From Pelomyxa schiedti (Eukaryota; Protista; Evosea), in the NCBI GenBank assembly GCA_020536535.1, contig JAHLWZ010000281.1:1-38484 (forward strand): DNA of 38,484 nt. Direction: 5' to 3'. Position numbers and translations under genes: made by a program. The number at the start of each line of letters is the position of its first letter. Positions within the stretch are counted from its first letter, which is position 1. The notes beneath the pieces are model-generated. The model worked only from the letters and a program-made list of their open reading frames with translations. It had not been told where the DNA came from and did not search any database. This document shows positions 1 through 12,257 of the stretch, piece after piece.

Positions 1-727
1 ACCCAACCTGGCCCAAGAGTCAAGAGATCTAACATCCGGAATAGCACGATAGCCGTGACGTCAGCTAGCACCTGCAACGCAAATGATAACCAGAGTAAAT
101 GAAGAATAATAGATACCCCCCCAAAGTTATCCCACTTTATTCCTTAGAAGACCGTCGACTACTACACTCTCCAGCAGAATCTGCTTTGTTAGACCATCTA
201 ATGGTAATTGTTTCCGAAACATCGTTGTTGACTTGGCCACTGCGATCAGAACATTGGTGATGGATTGTTGTGCTTGTGGGAGGAGCTCAGGGAGTTCAGA
301 TAACACACCAGGGCACCCAACGAGCTGTGGCAGTGATGAACCCATTTTGTGCACCACAGCACAATCGCTCGTCTTGGATGTGTCATTTTCAAGGCTACCC
401 TTCATGTTTCCAGAGAGTGCCCTCACGAACGTTCCACCATTCTTCCCTGCTCTCCCATGATTGTGAATATGCCAGTGAACTCATCGCCATTCGGCCACTT
501 CTTCTTACAGCGTGGACACTTCTTCACAAACATGGCACACTGTTGGTGTTGTGTGGTGGTTGTTATCAGCCTCGACGTGGGGGAGTGAGGTGTGTGGGAA
601 GGAGGCGCGCAGATCGCCAATCCAGCAAAAACAAAGCCACCCAGTAACCCCAAAGACCGAGACAGATGGTTGATTGGATGTGATTGACTATCACATCGAA
701 CAGCCATGATGGTTCAACATGTTGCAT
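1..727 (-). CDS. Hypothetical spliced protein, 3' end outside window
   Basis: ATG at 727 (MQHVEPSWLFDVIVNH...), an open segment 127-426 (RALSGNMKGSLENDTSK...LLRNK) followed by a gt...cag intron and an open frame to the window edge. No family recognised. Confidence 0.35.
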
Positions 728-837
728 GGCTGCTCGACCCTTTTGGTGTCGTTGCGTTTTTTTTTCGGAGCTGATGTAGCCTCACTCAATTTGTTCCAAA
801 GTGGCTAAAAAACTTAACTTATTTTGCCAGTCAATTA

Positions 838-2012
838 TCACATGATTGCACAAGGATCACTGGATTTTGTGGAAGGTAGTTGAAGCAATGGGGTTGTGTT
901 CCCAATTAATAATGATGCTCTAAACTCATCTGGTAGTTCACCCATCTGGTTTGACAATAAAACCAAGGTTAGAATAATACAAAAGTGGTATGAGGTACCT
1001 CATAGAAAAGCTGTAAAATGGATGATACGTCTTCATCTTTAGTGTTCTCCTTGCTCTCAAAAATGGTGCATATCTGTGAGGTATAATTGGTATTGTGAAA
1101 TTAATTTATTTAAAAAATGCCTCGGTAAGGCACTGCTGCTGCCTCCTGTATGTTTGTAGATTTGCAGAGCTAAACTTGGAGGCATTATTATCTATCCAGC
1201 TTGACAGCTACTGGTTGGTGAATATCTCCTTGGAGGAGGAAAACAAGGTGGTACCTTATCTTTCAGTAGTAACATTGGCTGATAAAATGCTTGCTTTGAC
1301 ATTATTGGTTTGAACAACTGAGTGAAGGAATCTTTAGTATTAGTTGGGTACCGTCATAGATATTGTATCCATCGTTATTCCAGAGCACCACTCCAAAAAA
1401 ACAGAGGAAACTGATAACCTTAATGAGTAACGCTTCTGAAACTTCATCCTCATCACTTCCAAATTCCTGATGGCCGGTTCGTTGACATTCTGTTAGGACA
1501 CTACCATAATACTGGCCCTAAGTGAAGACGATGGTTCCAATGCAGTAGGCATGGTGTGCTTTCACATACCATTCTTTTGATCTCCTCTGACAGTGATTGC
1601 AAGAATGTCAGCGCTGCTACAAAATGTGAGGTTAAAACACACGGACGCAAGAAACAACACCAACAACACAAAGACAGCAACAACAACGCAAACACACACA
1701 CACACACACACACACACCAGTGCCTGTGCCTGTGCCCGTGCCCGTGCCCGTGCCCGTTGGCGTGGTGTCGCCCATTGCTGGGTGCTGTGGCTCAACAACC
1801 CCCCCTCCCGTGACCGTGACGACCGTGGTTGTGCTTGTGGTTGTGGGACCATTTGGTTGTTGTGGTTGTGGTGCAGTAGCCTGTCGATTTGGTGGTGGTG
1901 GTTGCGTATGAGTAGTTGGGGTCGCAGACGAAGTGTTGCTCTCGTATTCGCGCAGGGCACTCTCGAGTAACGCGTCAAGATCAAGATCGTCTGCCGGCTC
2001 AACCCCACTCAT
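838..2012 (-). CDS. PEX19: Peroxisomal biogenesis factor 19 (Pex19), about 7 exons
   Basis: N-terminal Pex3-binding-type motif DDLDLDALLESALREY. Spliced C-terminal domain reads IMSKQAFYQPMLLLKDK|LSSWIDNN...YRRQQQCLTE|ICTIFE...ILQLFYE|MGELPDEF, matching the Pex19 pattern (LLSKxVLY..., W, Y..Q, IC..FE, G.PP.E). Ends in the CaaX box CAIM-stop (TGA at 838-840). Confidence 0.9.
1692..1757. repeat. (CA)n microsatellite abutting a (GTGCCY)n hexamer repeat
   Basis: acacacac... at about 1692-1717 is the 5' end of PEX19 intron 1 (gtgtgt on the minus strand). The gtgcct/gtgccc repeats encode TGTGTG at the end of exon 1. Confidence 0.9.
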
Positions 2013-2221
2013 GATTTCCCTTAATCTGATCCAAGGGAAAAAGAAAGATTCCCCAGCAGGCACACCAACGTGGTTTCCAATTTTACAAGGGTACACTAGT
2101 TACTGTAACAGTCACTTGAACCGTCCCACCAATATTGCATTTTTCCTCCCACTTTGCACCACTCAGAAGCCCTTATTCTCTCAAGAAAAAGTGAAACAAC
2201 ACTTTGGATTGGTTTGTTGTA

Positions 2222-2861
2222 TCAATCCTCCTCAAGGTTTATTTGTGCTCTCCCAAACTTGCCATAAAGAAGAACTTTTAGTTGAGCAAGCTGTGATTTG
2301 ATGTCGTCAATCTGTGCAGTTGTTGCTGATATCTCCTCATTGAGCTTTGTTTCGGTTTGCATGAGGTAGTCTGTAACTTTGCTTGGCTTCAATGTCACAA
2401 AGACTTCACCAATGTTGTAAAGAACACCTAAGTATTTCCTACAGTTAAAAAAAAAAAACGCAGTGGTTGACATATTAACAAAAGTAACTTTGAATAGGTA
2501 TGTATTTAATGCTTCAAAAACAAATCCGTTGCTAAGAAGACCATAAAAAAAAAGCAAGAAAAGAATGTGTTCCAGCGTAGGGGGCAAAAAAAAGAGAGAG
2601 AAAAAACAGTGGCGTACCGCCATTTGGAGGGAAATCATCGTCGTCAAGCATCATGACCTCAGTCTGGGCGGCCTCGATTTTCTTCATCTCCTGCTCCAGC
2701 TGGTACAACACGCCCTCCAGCTGGTGCATCTTGGACGTCATTCTCCCGAAGGTGTTTATTCTCTGCTGATCCACCGCCGTGACCTCCACCTCGCCCCCGC
2801 TCCCCGTTGTCGCGGATCCGGACGACGCCGCCGTCCCCGTCACCACCGTCGTAGTGCTCAT
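2222..2861 (-). CDS. PFDN4: Prefoldin subunit 4
   Basis: Exon 1 VEVTAVDQQRINTFGRM...EVMMLDDDD; last exon YNIGEVFV...IKSQLAQLKVLLYGKFGRAQINLEED*. These match the PFDN4/Gim3 signatures DQQKINKF, YxIGxVF and LKVxLYxKFG-INLE. Confidence 0.92.
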
Positions 2862-2973
2862 CGCCGAAAGTGTCACTTTTCAGGGAGGGAGGGAGTGAGG
2901 CCTCAATCTGTCTGATGGGTCGAATCTCACAGTTGCAAGAATTGCTTTTTATTCGCAAGTCGGATTTTCGCAG
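2862..2973. promoter_or_regulatory. Putative bidirectional promoter, PFDN4/AlaRS
   Basis: Only 112 bp separate the divergent ATGs at 2861 (-) and 2974 (+). Confidence 0.5.
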
Positions 2974-5900
2974 ATGGCATCAGAGACGAGCACCACGGCA
3001 GCGGCACCCGTGTCTTCGACAACACTGTCGTCATGTGAGGACGCACAACCTGTTGAGATCCAGGCTATGTCCTCCAAGGTTATAATTCTTTTTTTTTTTT
3101 TGCTTGTTTTTGTTTTCCTGTTCGAGGTCTAACAGTCTCTTCCTTTTTGTTATTTGTATTTGTTATATATACAGCAAATAAAAAATATGGCCAAACCGCA
3201 ATTCGCCGCGCAACCAGAGAAGTTTTACCCTGTTACTACATTGAAGGCTTGGGGCTTCCATCGCGCTCAGTGCCCAAAATGTGGAGAACATTTCTGGAGA
3301 CACTCTGAAACTAGAACAGTAACTTGCACAGTTACTACCGGTAGGGTTTTCACACCCACGTAGGTTTGTGGGGATTCCCGTTGTGAAGGAAAATATCACT
3401 TCATTGGAAGAGGAACGGGTAAAGGTGCTAGAGGACAAAAGATAACTTACGCTGAGGCTTGGGAAGGATTCAGACGGTTTCTTCATTCTATTTTTCGAGT
3501 GCCTGACTCTGACTTAAGGTCACTTACTTCTGCAAGAATACCTTGCACTGCAATAAAGCGGTATCCTGTTGTTGCCCGGTGGAGGAACGACGTTGATTAC
3601 GTTGCTGCTGGAATCTACTGCTTCCAAGTATTCCTTTTTATCTCTCTCTGAGTCTGAATTGTTGCTTTCAAAGCCGTACTGCGTTACTGGCGAGCTGGAG
3701 CCACCTGCCAATCCCCTTATCTGCCCGCAGTTCTGCCTCCGGTTCAATGACCTGGACAACATCGGAATCAGTGGAAGACACTTCTCTGGTTTTGTCATGT
3801 TGGGCATTCAAGTGTTCAACACACCCCAGAAATATGTTTTCTTCAAGGAAGAATGTGTGGACTTCAACCTGCGATGGCTCACCGAAGAACTTCAGATAAG
3901 TCTTGATGAAATCACCCTCGTCGAAGATGTCTGGTGTGGTGGTGGTAACCTTGGTCCCTCCGTCGAGTACTTTATTGGTGGCCTTGAACTTGGAAGTGCG
4001 TGCCTTAGTGCTCTTTTTTCTCATTCACAATAACACAGACATGGTATTCATGCAATACAAAATTACGGATCCCTGCACTGGTGCATATGAACCACTCCAA
4101 GTGCAAGTGATTGATGTGGGTATTGGGTTGGAAAGAGTTCCCTGGTTGATCAATGGAGGCCCAACAGCTTACGTAGATGTGTTCCCACAAGCATTGGATT
4201 TCTTGAAGCAGACGTTGGGAATAGATTACATGAATCCAGTTACTTTCGCCATTCTATTAGTTTGGCAATCTCACAAGCCATCCAGATAGTGGAGAAATTC
4301 GGCCCTTACTCTTGTCTTCTCAACATGGATGAAATTACAAACATTGATGAGACTTACACTATGGTGGCTGCTGCATGTGGTAGAACGCCTTGCCTTTGGC
4401 CTGTGCTGTGTACTAAATAAATTCAGGAGTTCCCAATAAAGAGGCTCTCTTGGCTGGAATCAAAGACGCCCGTGATATGTACATCCTGGCTGACCATACT
4501 CGCTCTGTACTTATGGCAATTGAAGACGGTAGCTTGCCCAGTGCTGTTGGTGGTTCTGCGAATCTCAGAAATATCTTGCGAAGGGTGTTCGCCTTGATGG
4601 AGAAAAATGGCTGGTGGCCCAAGGTGCTCTACAATCTTTTTGCGGTAAAACTAATATATTTTTACAGCTGGGAATGAAAGGATTGCTCGCTCTTTTCCAA
4701 AAACACAGAGAAGAACTTGCTGCACTCTATGGGCCGTTCCCTGAATATAAGAGCTTTGGAGACATCATTGAAGTGGAATACAACCGATGGAAGAACACCG
4801 ACGCGAAGGCACACCAACAACTTGCTGCTTATTTGAAAAAGTATTCAATTTTTAACCTCATAATCACTTACACGCATGTAGAAGAAAGACAATTACTGTA
4901 GAAGATTGGATTTGTTGCATCCGAAATTTCGGTGCATCACCTGACAAAATAGCAGAATATTTGAAGACTCCACCCCCAGACAATCTCTACACTAAAATGT
5001 CGGAGCAAGACGAAAATGTATGTTGCTTCCAACTTCACCGCCTTGTTAATTCTAATGCAGAAAGTCCGTCCCCCTCCGCAACAATTGTATGATGCGGCAG
5101 ATCTGCCAGCAACAGAAGAGATTTTTTACTCAAATGGAGACCTATTCAATTTTACTGCCTCCATTGTGGCAGTGAAGAAATTCGCTCATTTGGTGAATAA
5201 TGCCATATTCACGGTACAGTATGCCATTACTTTTGTAACAAATTACTTATCAACTTTCAGACTGACGAGGACAGGGTTATTGTTCTGGACAGAACTTGTT
5301 TCTACCCAAATGCTGGAGGCCAAGACAATGATCTTGGTAGGACCGAGCATTGTCAGTATTGTTTTGTTGGCTCATACCTTTCTTTTAGGAACTCTGACAA
5401 TTGGCGATGTTACCTACAACGTAGTTTATGTGGAAAAGGTAGCCCTACAAGTCTAACCAAAGAATCTGAGTATACGTTAGGTCTCCAAAGCTATACTGCA
5501 CACCTTGGACAAACCACTCCCAAAGGGTGAGTGGGTTGGAACAAAGGCAGTGGGAACCGTTCAATCGGAAAGACGCTACCAATTGCGTAATCACCATACA
5601 GCCACCCACATCATTTACCAGTCTGCAAGAAGAGTACGTTCCGCTTCGATGTCACTGGTTCATAAGTTCATAAAAAAATAGGTTCTGGGACCTCATGTGT
5701 GGCAACATGGTGCCAAGAAAACCGTTGAGGAAGCTCACTTGGACATCACCCACTACAACTCCCTCACTCCCGAGCAAGAACTCGAAATCGAGAACACAGC
5801 AAACCGCGCAATAAGGGCGAATTACACGGTATTCCAATGCACCTTGATACCTAAACTTGTAGTACTTACTGCTTGTTCTCTCCACAGATAACCAAAGTAA

Positions 5901-7036
5901 TGTGGCCAAAGGAGAAAGCGGAGCAAACGTATGGGTTCAAGCTTTATCAGGGGGGAATAGCGCCTGGAAACACTTTACGTGTTGTCGATATTGATGGATT
6001 TGACACTGAGGCTTGCTGTGGTACTCATTGTGACACAACCGCACAGGTTGTTCTTACACTCTGTTTTCTTACGATTTACATCATTAAGGTCGGCTTGATA
6101 AGAATGATAAGGTCCCACAGAATTTCAGATGGTATCCTCCGTCTCCACTTTGTTGCCGGGGATCGTGCTCTGGTTAGTGACGCTGACCTTTTTATTCTGC
6201 TTCAACTGACTCCGGACAGCAACACATGAATTCTGAGACCCGTCTCGTCAACGAACTTTGCTCAATGTGGACCGTGCAGCCCGAGGATGTTGTTCCAACT
6301 GCAAAGAGATTTTTCCAAGGGTACAAGAAGTACATCACGATAGCCCCCAAGCAGGTATCCCTACTAGCTCTCGTAATTAAAACTTTTAACATTGGAACAG
6401 GCAATGGAGCTTCTTCAGTTGAAACTCAAGTTGTTCCTTTCGGACACAACACAAAACCTGTTGCTACTCCATGCAGATGAAACTGAGCCCACGATGTTTA
6501 TTAGCACTATCAAGAATCTCATACTTGTAAGATTCTTCCGCCCCATTTTACTTTGCTTACGCACAGCAGCAAATGCAAGCTAAACGCAAGGCTGTTGTGG
6601 TAATCAACCCAACCTTTTTATATGCCGTACTTGGACACACCGACCTCATCAACTTGGCTGGCCTGAAAGAAGCCCTGGAAGCAGCCAAGCACGAGGACAA
6701 GACCTCAAAGCGGAAGAAGTCCGCACCCACCGAAGGTTCCTAACAATCACATACATAAAATAAAAACACAAACACAAAACAAAACAAAACACAAACACAA
6801 AACAACAACAACTTGACCTGAGACTAACAAAACAAACAGCACTCGCACCCAAGCCCAAGATGATGGACACGAGGATCGACGTGATCAAGGTGAAGAACCA
6901 GCCGGCACCGGGCACCAAGGGCAAGGCCGAGTACGTTGAAGTCCCAGGCTCCCTCGAGATAGTCGCGCCCCTGGTCAACCACGCCCCTGTCCTCACCTTC
7001 CTCGCCACCGCTGGCTTCGCCGACATGAAACTATGA
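2974..7036 (+). CDS. alaS: Alanine--tRNA ligase, archaeal type, multi-exon
   Basis: GFHRAQCPKCGEHFW...CGDSRC..YHFIG N-terminal Zn knuckle; ARWRNDVDYVAAGIYCFQPY...PPANPLICPQFCLRFNDLDNIGISGRHFSGF; VIDVGIGLER; ILADHTRS; editing motifs NHHTATH and EACCGTH. Ends GFADMKL* (TGA at 7034-7036). Confidence 0.95.
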
Positions 7037-7238
7037 TGATCACCCCCCCCACCAACCATACTGCCGCAGGGGAAAAAAAAAAAATTTTTTTGTGTCATCA
7101 AATAGCCAGTGGACTAAAAGGGGGAGGACCAGTCTGAGAACAACTGCATTCAAATTCAAAACGCCAAAGTATCATATGTTTCGAGTGTTTCTATTGTTCT
7201 TTACAGTGTGTGGTGATGGTTGGGGATTGGGGATTCAT

Positions 7239-8582
<1,344 letters not shown>

Positions 8583-8804
8583 CTACTTGTCTAGGCTTTT
8601 TTTTATTGCTCTGTGTCTGTTGCTTGTTTGTTTTATTGTTTGTTTCTTGTTCCCATTGTTTCCTCCTTTTCTGTCGCAAACCGCAACAATTAGCGCAAGT
8701 CACCCAACTTGGCCCCAATTGCACCATCAGTTTTTTTTCTTTTTCTTTTTTCATCGTGAAATGATGCTTTTCTTCGAATCCCACAAGCAAGCATTTTGTA
8801 TTAC

Positions 8805-10391
8805 TCAAAGAAATGAAAATCCTGTCGTCCATTCATCATCGTCGAAATTGGAGATTGCGTTGGCGTCACTTGACGATACTTTGGTGTACTTGACTGCAGC
8901 AGGAAACTCTGGTGTGAGTATTTGGAGCACAACAATGCCTGACATCACCTCAATCACTTTCAGAGCAGAGCTGGAAAACATGAAGAGGAAGCCTGCTTCA
9001 TACACCACTATGTCTTTGCTTTTGTCAAACTCAATCATCTTCACAAGCCTGGTTCTTGCTCTTGTACATTCCCAAATTTGATACAGTGACACCGCTTTGG
9101 TGAGTACATTTCCAACACGAACCATAAGGCAGAACTGATGTTCATTCATCTTGTACAATTCAATACTTGTGTGATAGAAAGGGTCTCTGAACTTGCTGAT
9201 CTTATACACCCTCCCTGTGACTACGTCCAACTCATACAGCCAGTTCGTACCGTAGCAGCGGGTATGAACAACAATGACACAGTCGCCAGTCTCCTTTCTC
9301 CTCAGAATAAGTGCGGTTTCCATCTTGTAATCAGTGGTGGAAGACCGTTTATGAACTAAACTGAATGAAGTAAAGCTCCCCAGTGCGAGGTTCTGTGTGC
9401 GGTGCAGTGCTTCCACGTCAGCAACGATACATATGAATTTCATCTCGGTGGGGTCACCTAACACCACAACCACTTCGTTCATATTTCTCCTGTCTAATTC
9501 AATTGCCAGACCCCAGAAATTCTGCCTGTCTGGCACAGTTACTTGCACACATTCACGGGTGTGTCTGTCTTGGACTTCCAAAACCATCTCTACCTTCATC
9601 ACCTCAGTTTCCTTTTTATCTCCGTTTTGCCAAGACGATGGCGTCTTCTTGTTGTGGCTCACACGCCATTTATTGTTGCTACAACGCCATTCTTTCACCT
9701 TCAATGTCTCAAACCAGTGGATATGCCTCTCATGCACCGGAAACACTTGACTAGCCACTCCATGTAGCAGCGACATGTGAACGGAAAAACACATGTTCCA
9801 GCCACTCCCAACTTCCCCCTGTATTCCAACCACAAACTGCCTCTGGCTCAGCGCAACTGCAATGTAATCCCACAAGTGCCTCAGAACTGCATTTCCAGGC
9901 GGCCCAAGTATTCTCACGGCCGATCTTGAACCGCGCCTGGGGTGGATGCCGGCGGCCAGAAGTGTCCAGAGGCAGTCCCATAATTCTGGATAGGAATCCC
10001 TTAGCACTTGCGCTCGCCTTGTGTGGGTTGGCCGCTGCGACAGGACAATCACACTTGTGGGATCGTCCACCCAACTTGAGGTTTCGTCCTTGTGAGTGAA
10101 CATGATTTTGCCCGTACTTTGTTTAGGTGGTTTGGTTTTGTGTTGTTCTACGACTGTTGGTGTTATCGTTTTTGCAGCCGATGTAGGTCCAGTGTGGCTT
10201 TCATTTGGATGTGCTTTCTTGGGTTTCTTTGGTTTTATTGTTTTTGTTTTTGCAACTGCACAAACAGTGCCTCGTTGGCTGTCTTCTGGCGCTCCCACTG
10301 GTTTTGAGAGCCAAGAGGAACCAATAGTAGGAAGAAACAACACCACGAGGACGAGAAGGGCGTCCAATACAACTGATGTTAGCCACGACAT
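8805..10391 (-). CDS. Intronless HPRxG-motif protein 1 (N-terminal hydrophobic helix, beta-rich C-terminal region)
   Basis: Single ORF of about 528 aa from the ATG at 10391, with [29 protein letters not shown]...LRHLWDYI, and C-terminal blocks shared with the ORFs at 10472 and 27402. Confidence 0.75.
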   Translation of the reverse strand: MSWLTSVVLDALLVLVVLFLPTIGSSWLSKPVGAPEDSQRGTVCAVAKTKTIKPKKPKKAHPNESHTGPTSAAKTITPTVVEQHKTKPPKQSTGKIMFTHKDETSSWVDDPTSVIVLSQRPTHTRRAQVLRDSYPELWDCLWTLLAAGIHPRRGSRSAVRILGPPGNAVLRHLWDYIAVALSQRQFVVGIQGEVGSGWNMCFSVHMSLLHGVASQVFPVHERHIHWFETLKVKEWRCSNNKWRVSHNKKTPSSWQNGDKKETEVMKVEMVLEVQDRHTRECVQVTVPDRQNFWGLAIELDRRNMNEVVVVLGDPTEMKFICIVADVEALHRTQNLALGSFTSFSLVHKRSSTTDYKMETALILRRKETGDCVIVVHTRCYGTNWLYELDVVTGRVYKISKFRDPFYHTSIELYKMNEHQFCLMVRVGNVLTKAVSLYQIWECTRARTRLVKMIEFDKSKDIVVYEAGFLFMFSSSALKVIEVMSGIVVLQILTPEFPAAVKYTKVSSSDANAISNFDDDEWTTGFSFL

Positions 10392-10471
10392 CGTTTGCTT
10401 TTTTTTCTGGATTTCAAGGAAGAATTTTTGTTCCTTGAATGTGATTGGAGAGACCATTCTAGAGGTTTAAT

Positions 10472-11968
10472 TTAAAGCACAAATGAGAAATAATGTGGTC
10501 TGAGGTGTACAGGCTCCTTGAAGTGCAAAGTTAACACACTTGTGCCAGAAGAGGCATCGACCACATCCATTTGGTAATCAGGAGCCACCATGAACAGGAG
10601 GCCCATTTCAGCCACTAAATCGGCACATCGATGTGTGCTGCACACCCTCAGTGGTTTCGAGGCGTCACCATTATCTGCAGTGCACTCCCAGATTTCAAAG
10701 TAGTTCCCACACGTTGGAAATACACAGAATTGTGATTCACCCAGTTGTGACAATTGAAACTCCTGCCCTGACCGTGAAATTTTGAGCCATTTTCCAGTGG
10801 TCTCCTCAAGAAAGATCAATAAAGAACTCTGGTTTAAAGCAGTGCCCCTGATAATGAACATTCTCCCACTGCTGTCACGTTTCCTCAATAGCAACGCATA
10901 ACAGACACAGAATGAATCTGGTGGGAATGTCGTGGTACTGGATGCAGTGTAGGTGTTAGTTGCCCAGGTCTTGGCAACATCACATACATAGAGGGATCCC
11001 CCACCTAAGACGTACTGACACGAATGCACAAGCTCATCGGCATTGAGCTTGTTGAAAAAGAAGCAAAATTCACAGGAGAAGGAGTGCTCACTAAGGGGAA
11101 TTGTAATTGAAGCAGTTGCAGGTACAGCCACAGACCCACAACCACACCCAATTTCATCTTCCAACCCTTCATCTCCCCCACCATTTTGCATGTAAATTGG
11201 TGTGATTTCAACTCTGGTCTCAAAATTCACATTCCGATGCCACACAAACCACCTGTAGTTGAGGGCACAGCCGTAGTGTAAATGTGCCTCAGTCAGAGCC
11301 ACATCCCTTTCCATTGAAGCAGAAGTAGGTATTAACCTGTACTGTGATGCGTCCCTCTTGACCACCATGTTCTGCAGGTTGGTGCCAATCAGTTCTATCC
11401 TCTTCCCACCATTACTGTTGTTGTGGTTATCACCTGGAGTTGTGATCCACAACCTAGGAATCGTGGAACCCAGCAGTACTGGCGACACACCAAACGCAAC
11501 AAGTGCATCCCACTTGCCACTCAGAGCACAGAATCCAACGCTGAACATATTCAGCGTCGACAGAATCCAGTCCCACAAAGGCCTCAGAAAAGCACCAGGC
11601 TGAACAGTCCCAATGAAATGTGACCAAGAAGCACCCGGTTCTAAAGAGTGCATAGAAAATGAGGTGGCCAAAGCAGAATTGGCCCCGCAGCGAGGGTGTG
11701 TCATCATCGCCAAAGCCAAAAACTGGTCACGCAGGCGCACATCAGCATCATCCGAACAACACGACGATGCCCACGGTCCCCCGTCCCCTTCGTTGTCACA
11801 ACTACTAACAATTCTTGTTGTTGTTGTGGTAGTTATTTCGGTGAACAACGTACTGGTCGTTGGTGTGTTGCTGCTGATGTTGATGTTGTTGGTTGTGCAA
11901 CTCAACATGAGTTGGTTGTGATTCGGGTTTAGGGACGAAATCGGATTGAGCGAACCAACCAGTTTCAT
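10472..11968 (-). CDS. Intronless HPRCG-motif protein 2
   Basis: Single ORF (first ATG at 11968; start uncertain) with LRDQFLALAMMTHPRCGANS...LRPLWDWI and QLSQLGESQFCVF...FEIWEC...PLRV...AEMGLLF...VVDASSG. Confidence 0.75.
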   Translation of the reverse strand: MKLVGSLNPISSLNPNHNQLMLSCTTNNINISSNTPTTSTLFTEITTTTTTRIVSSCDNEGDGGPWASSCCSDDADVRLRDQFLALAMMTHPRCGANSALATSFSMHSLEPGASWSHFIGTVQPGAFLRPLWDWILSTLNMFSVGFCALSGKWDALVAFGVSPVLLGSTIPRLWITTPGDNHNNSNGGKRIELIGTNLQNMVVKRDASQYRLIPTSASMERDVALTEAHLHYGCALNYRWFVWHRNVNFETRVEITPIYMQNGGGDEGLEDEIGCGCGSVAVPATASITIPLSEHSFSCEFCFFFNKLNADELVHSCQYVLGGGSLYVCDVAKTWATNTYTASSTTTFPPDSFCVCYALLLRKRDSSGRMFIIRGTALNQSSLLIFLEETTGKWLKISRSGQEFQLSQLGESQFCVFPTCGNYFEIWECTADNGDASKPLRVCSTHRCADLVAEMGLLFMVAPDYQMDVVDASSGTSVLTLHFKEPVHLRPHYFSFVL

Positions 11969-12257
11969 GAAACGAGAATCAGAAAGATATCTCCGGAGTG
12001 TGTCCTCGCACTGTGTCACTAGTCGGGCTGAAACTGAGGTGGATCTTGTTCGATGTCGGCGAAGTACCGAAAACGGTTCGGCGGTTGTGATGATCAACGT
12101 TCCGAAAAAAAAAAAGATCAAGGGTTCACTTCCACTTCCCAACGTTAGAAAATTTGTCCAGTTCAGTCACAAATTAAAAAACCAACAAGGCACACACCAA
12201 AACAAACACACGACTGTTGTGAGTGTAACATATACAACATACCTCATCTCACCCACA

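Noticed and set aside
1055-1073. CTIF as the Pex19 CaaX box
   Set aside because: The frame continues ICTIFESKE; the real terminus is CAIM-stop at 838-852.
2974-7036. Archaeal contaminant or symbiont DNA
   Set aside because: The gene has many spliceosomal introns and sits among eukaryote-specific genes.
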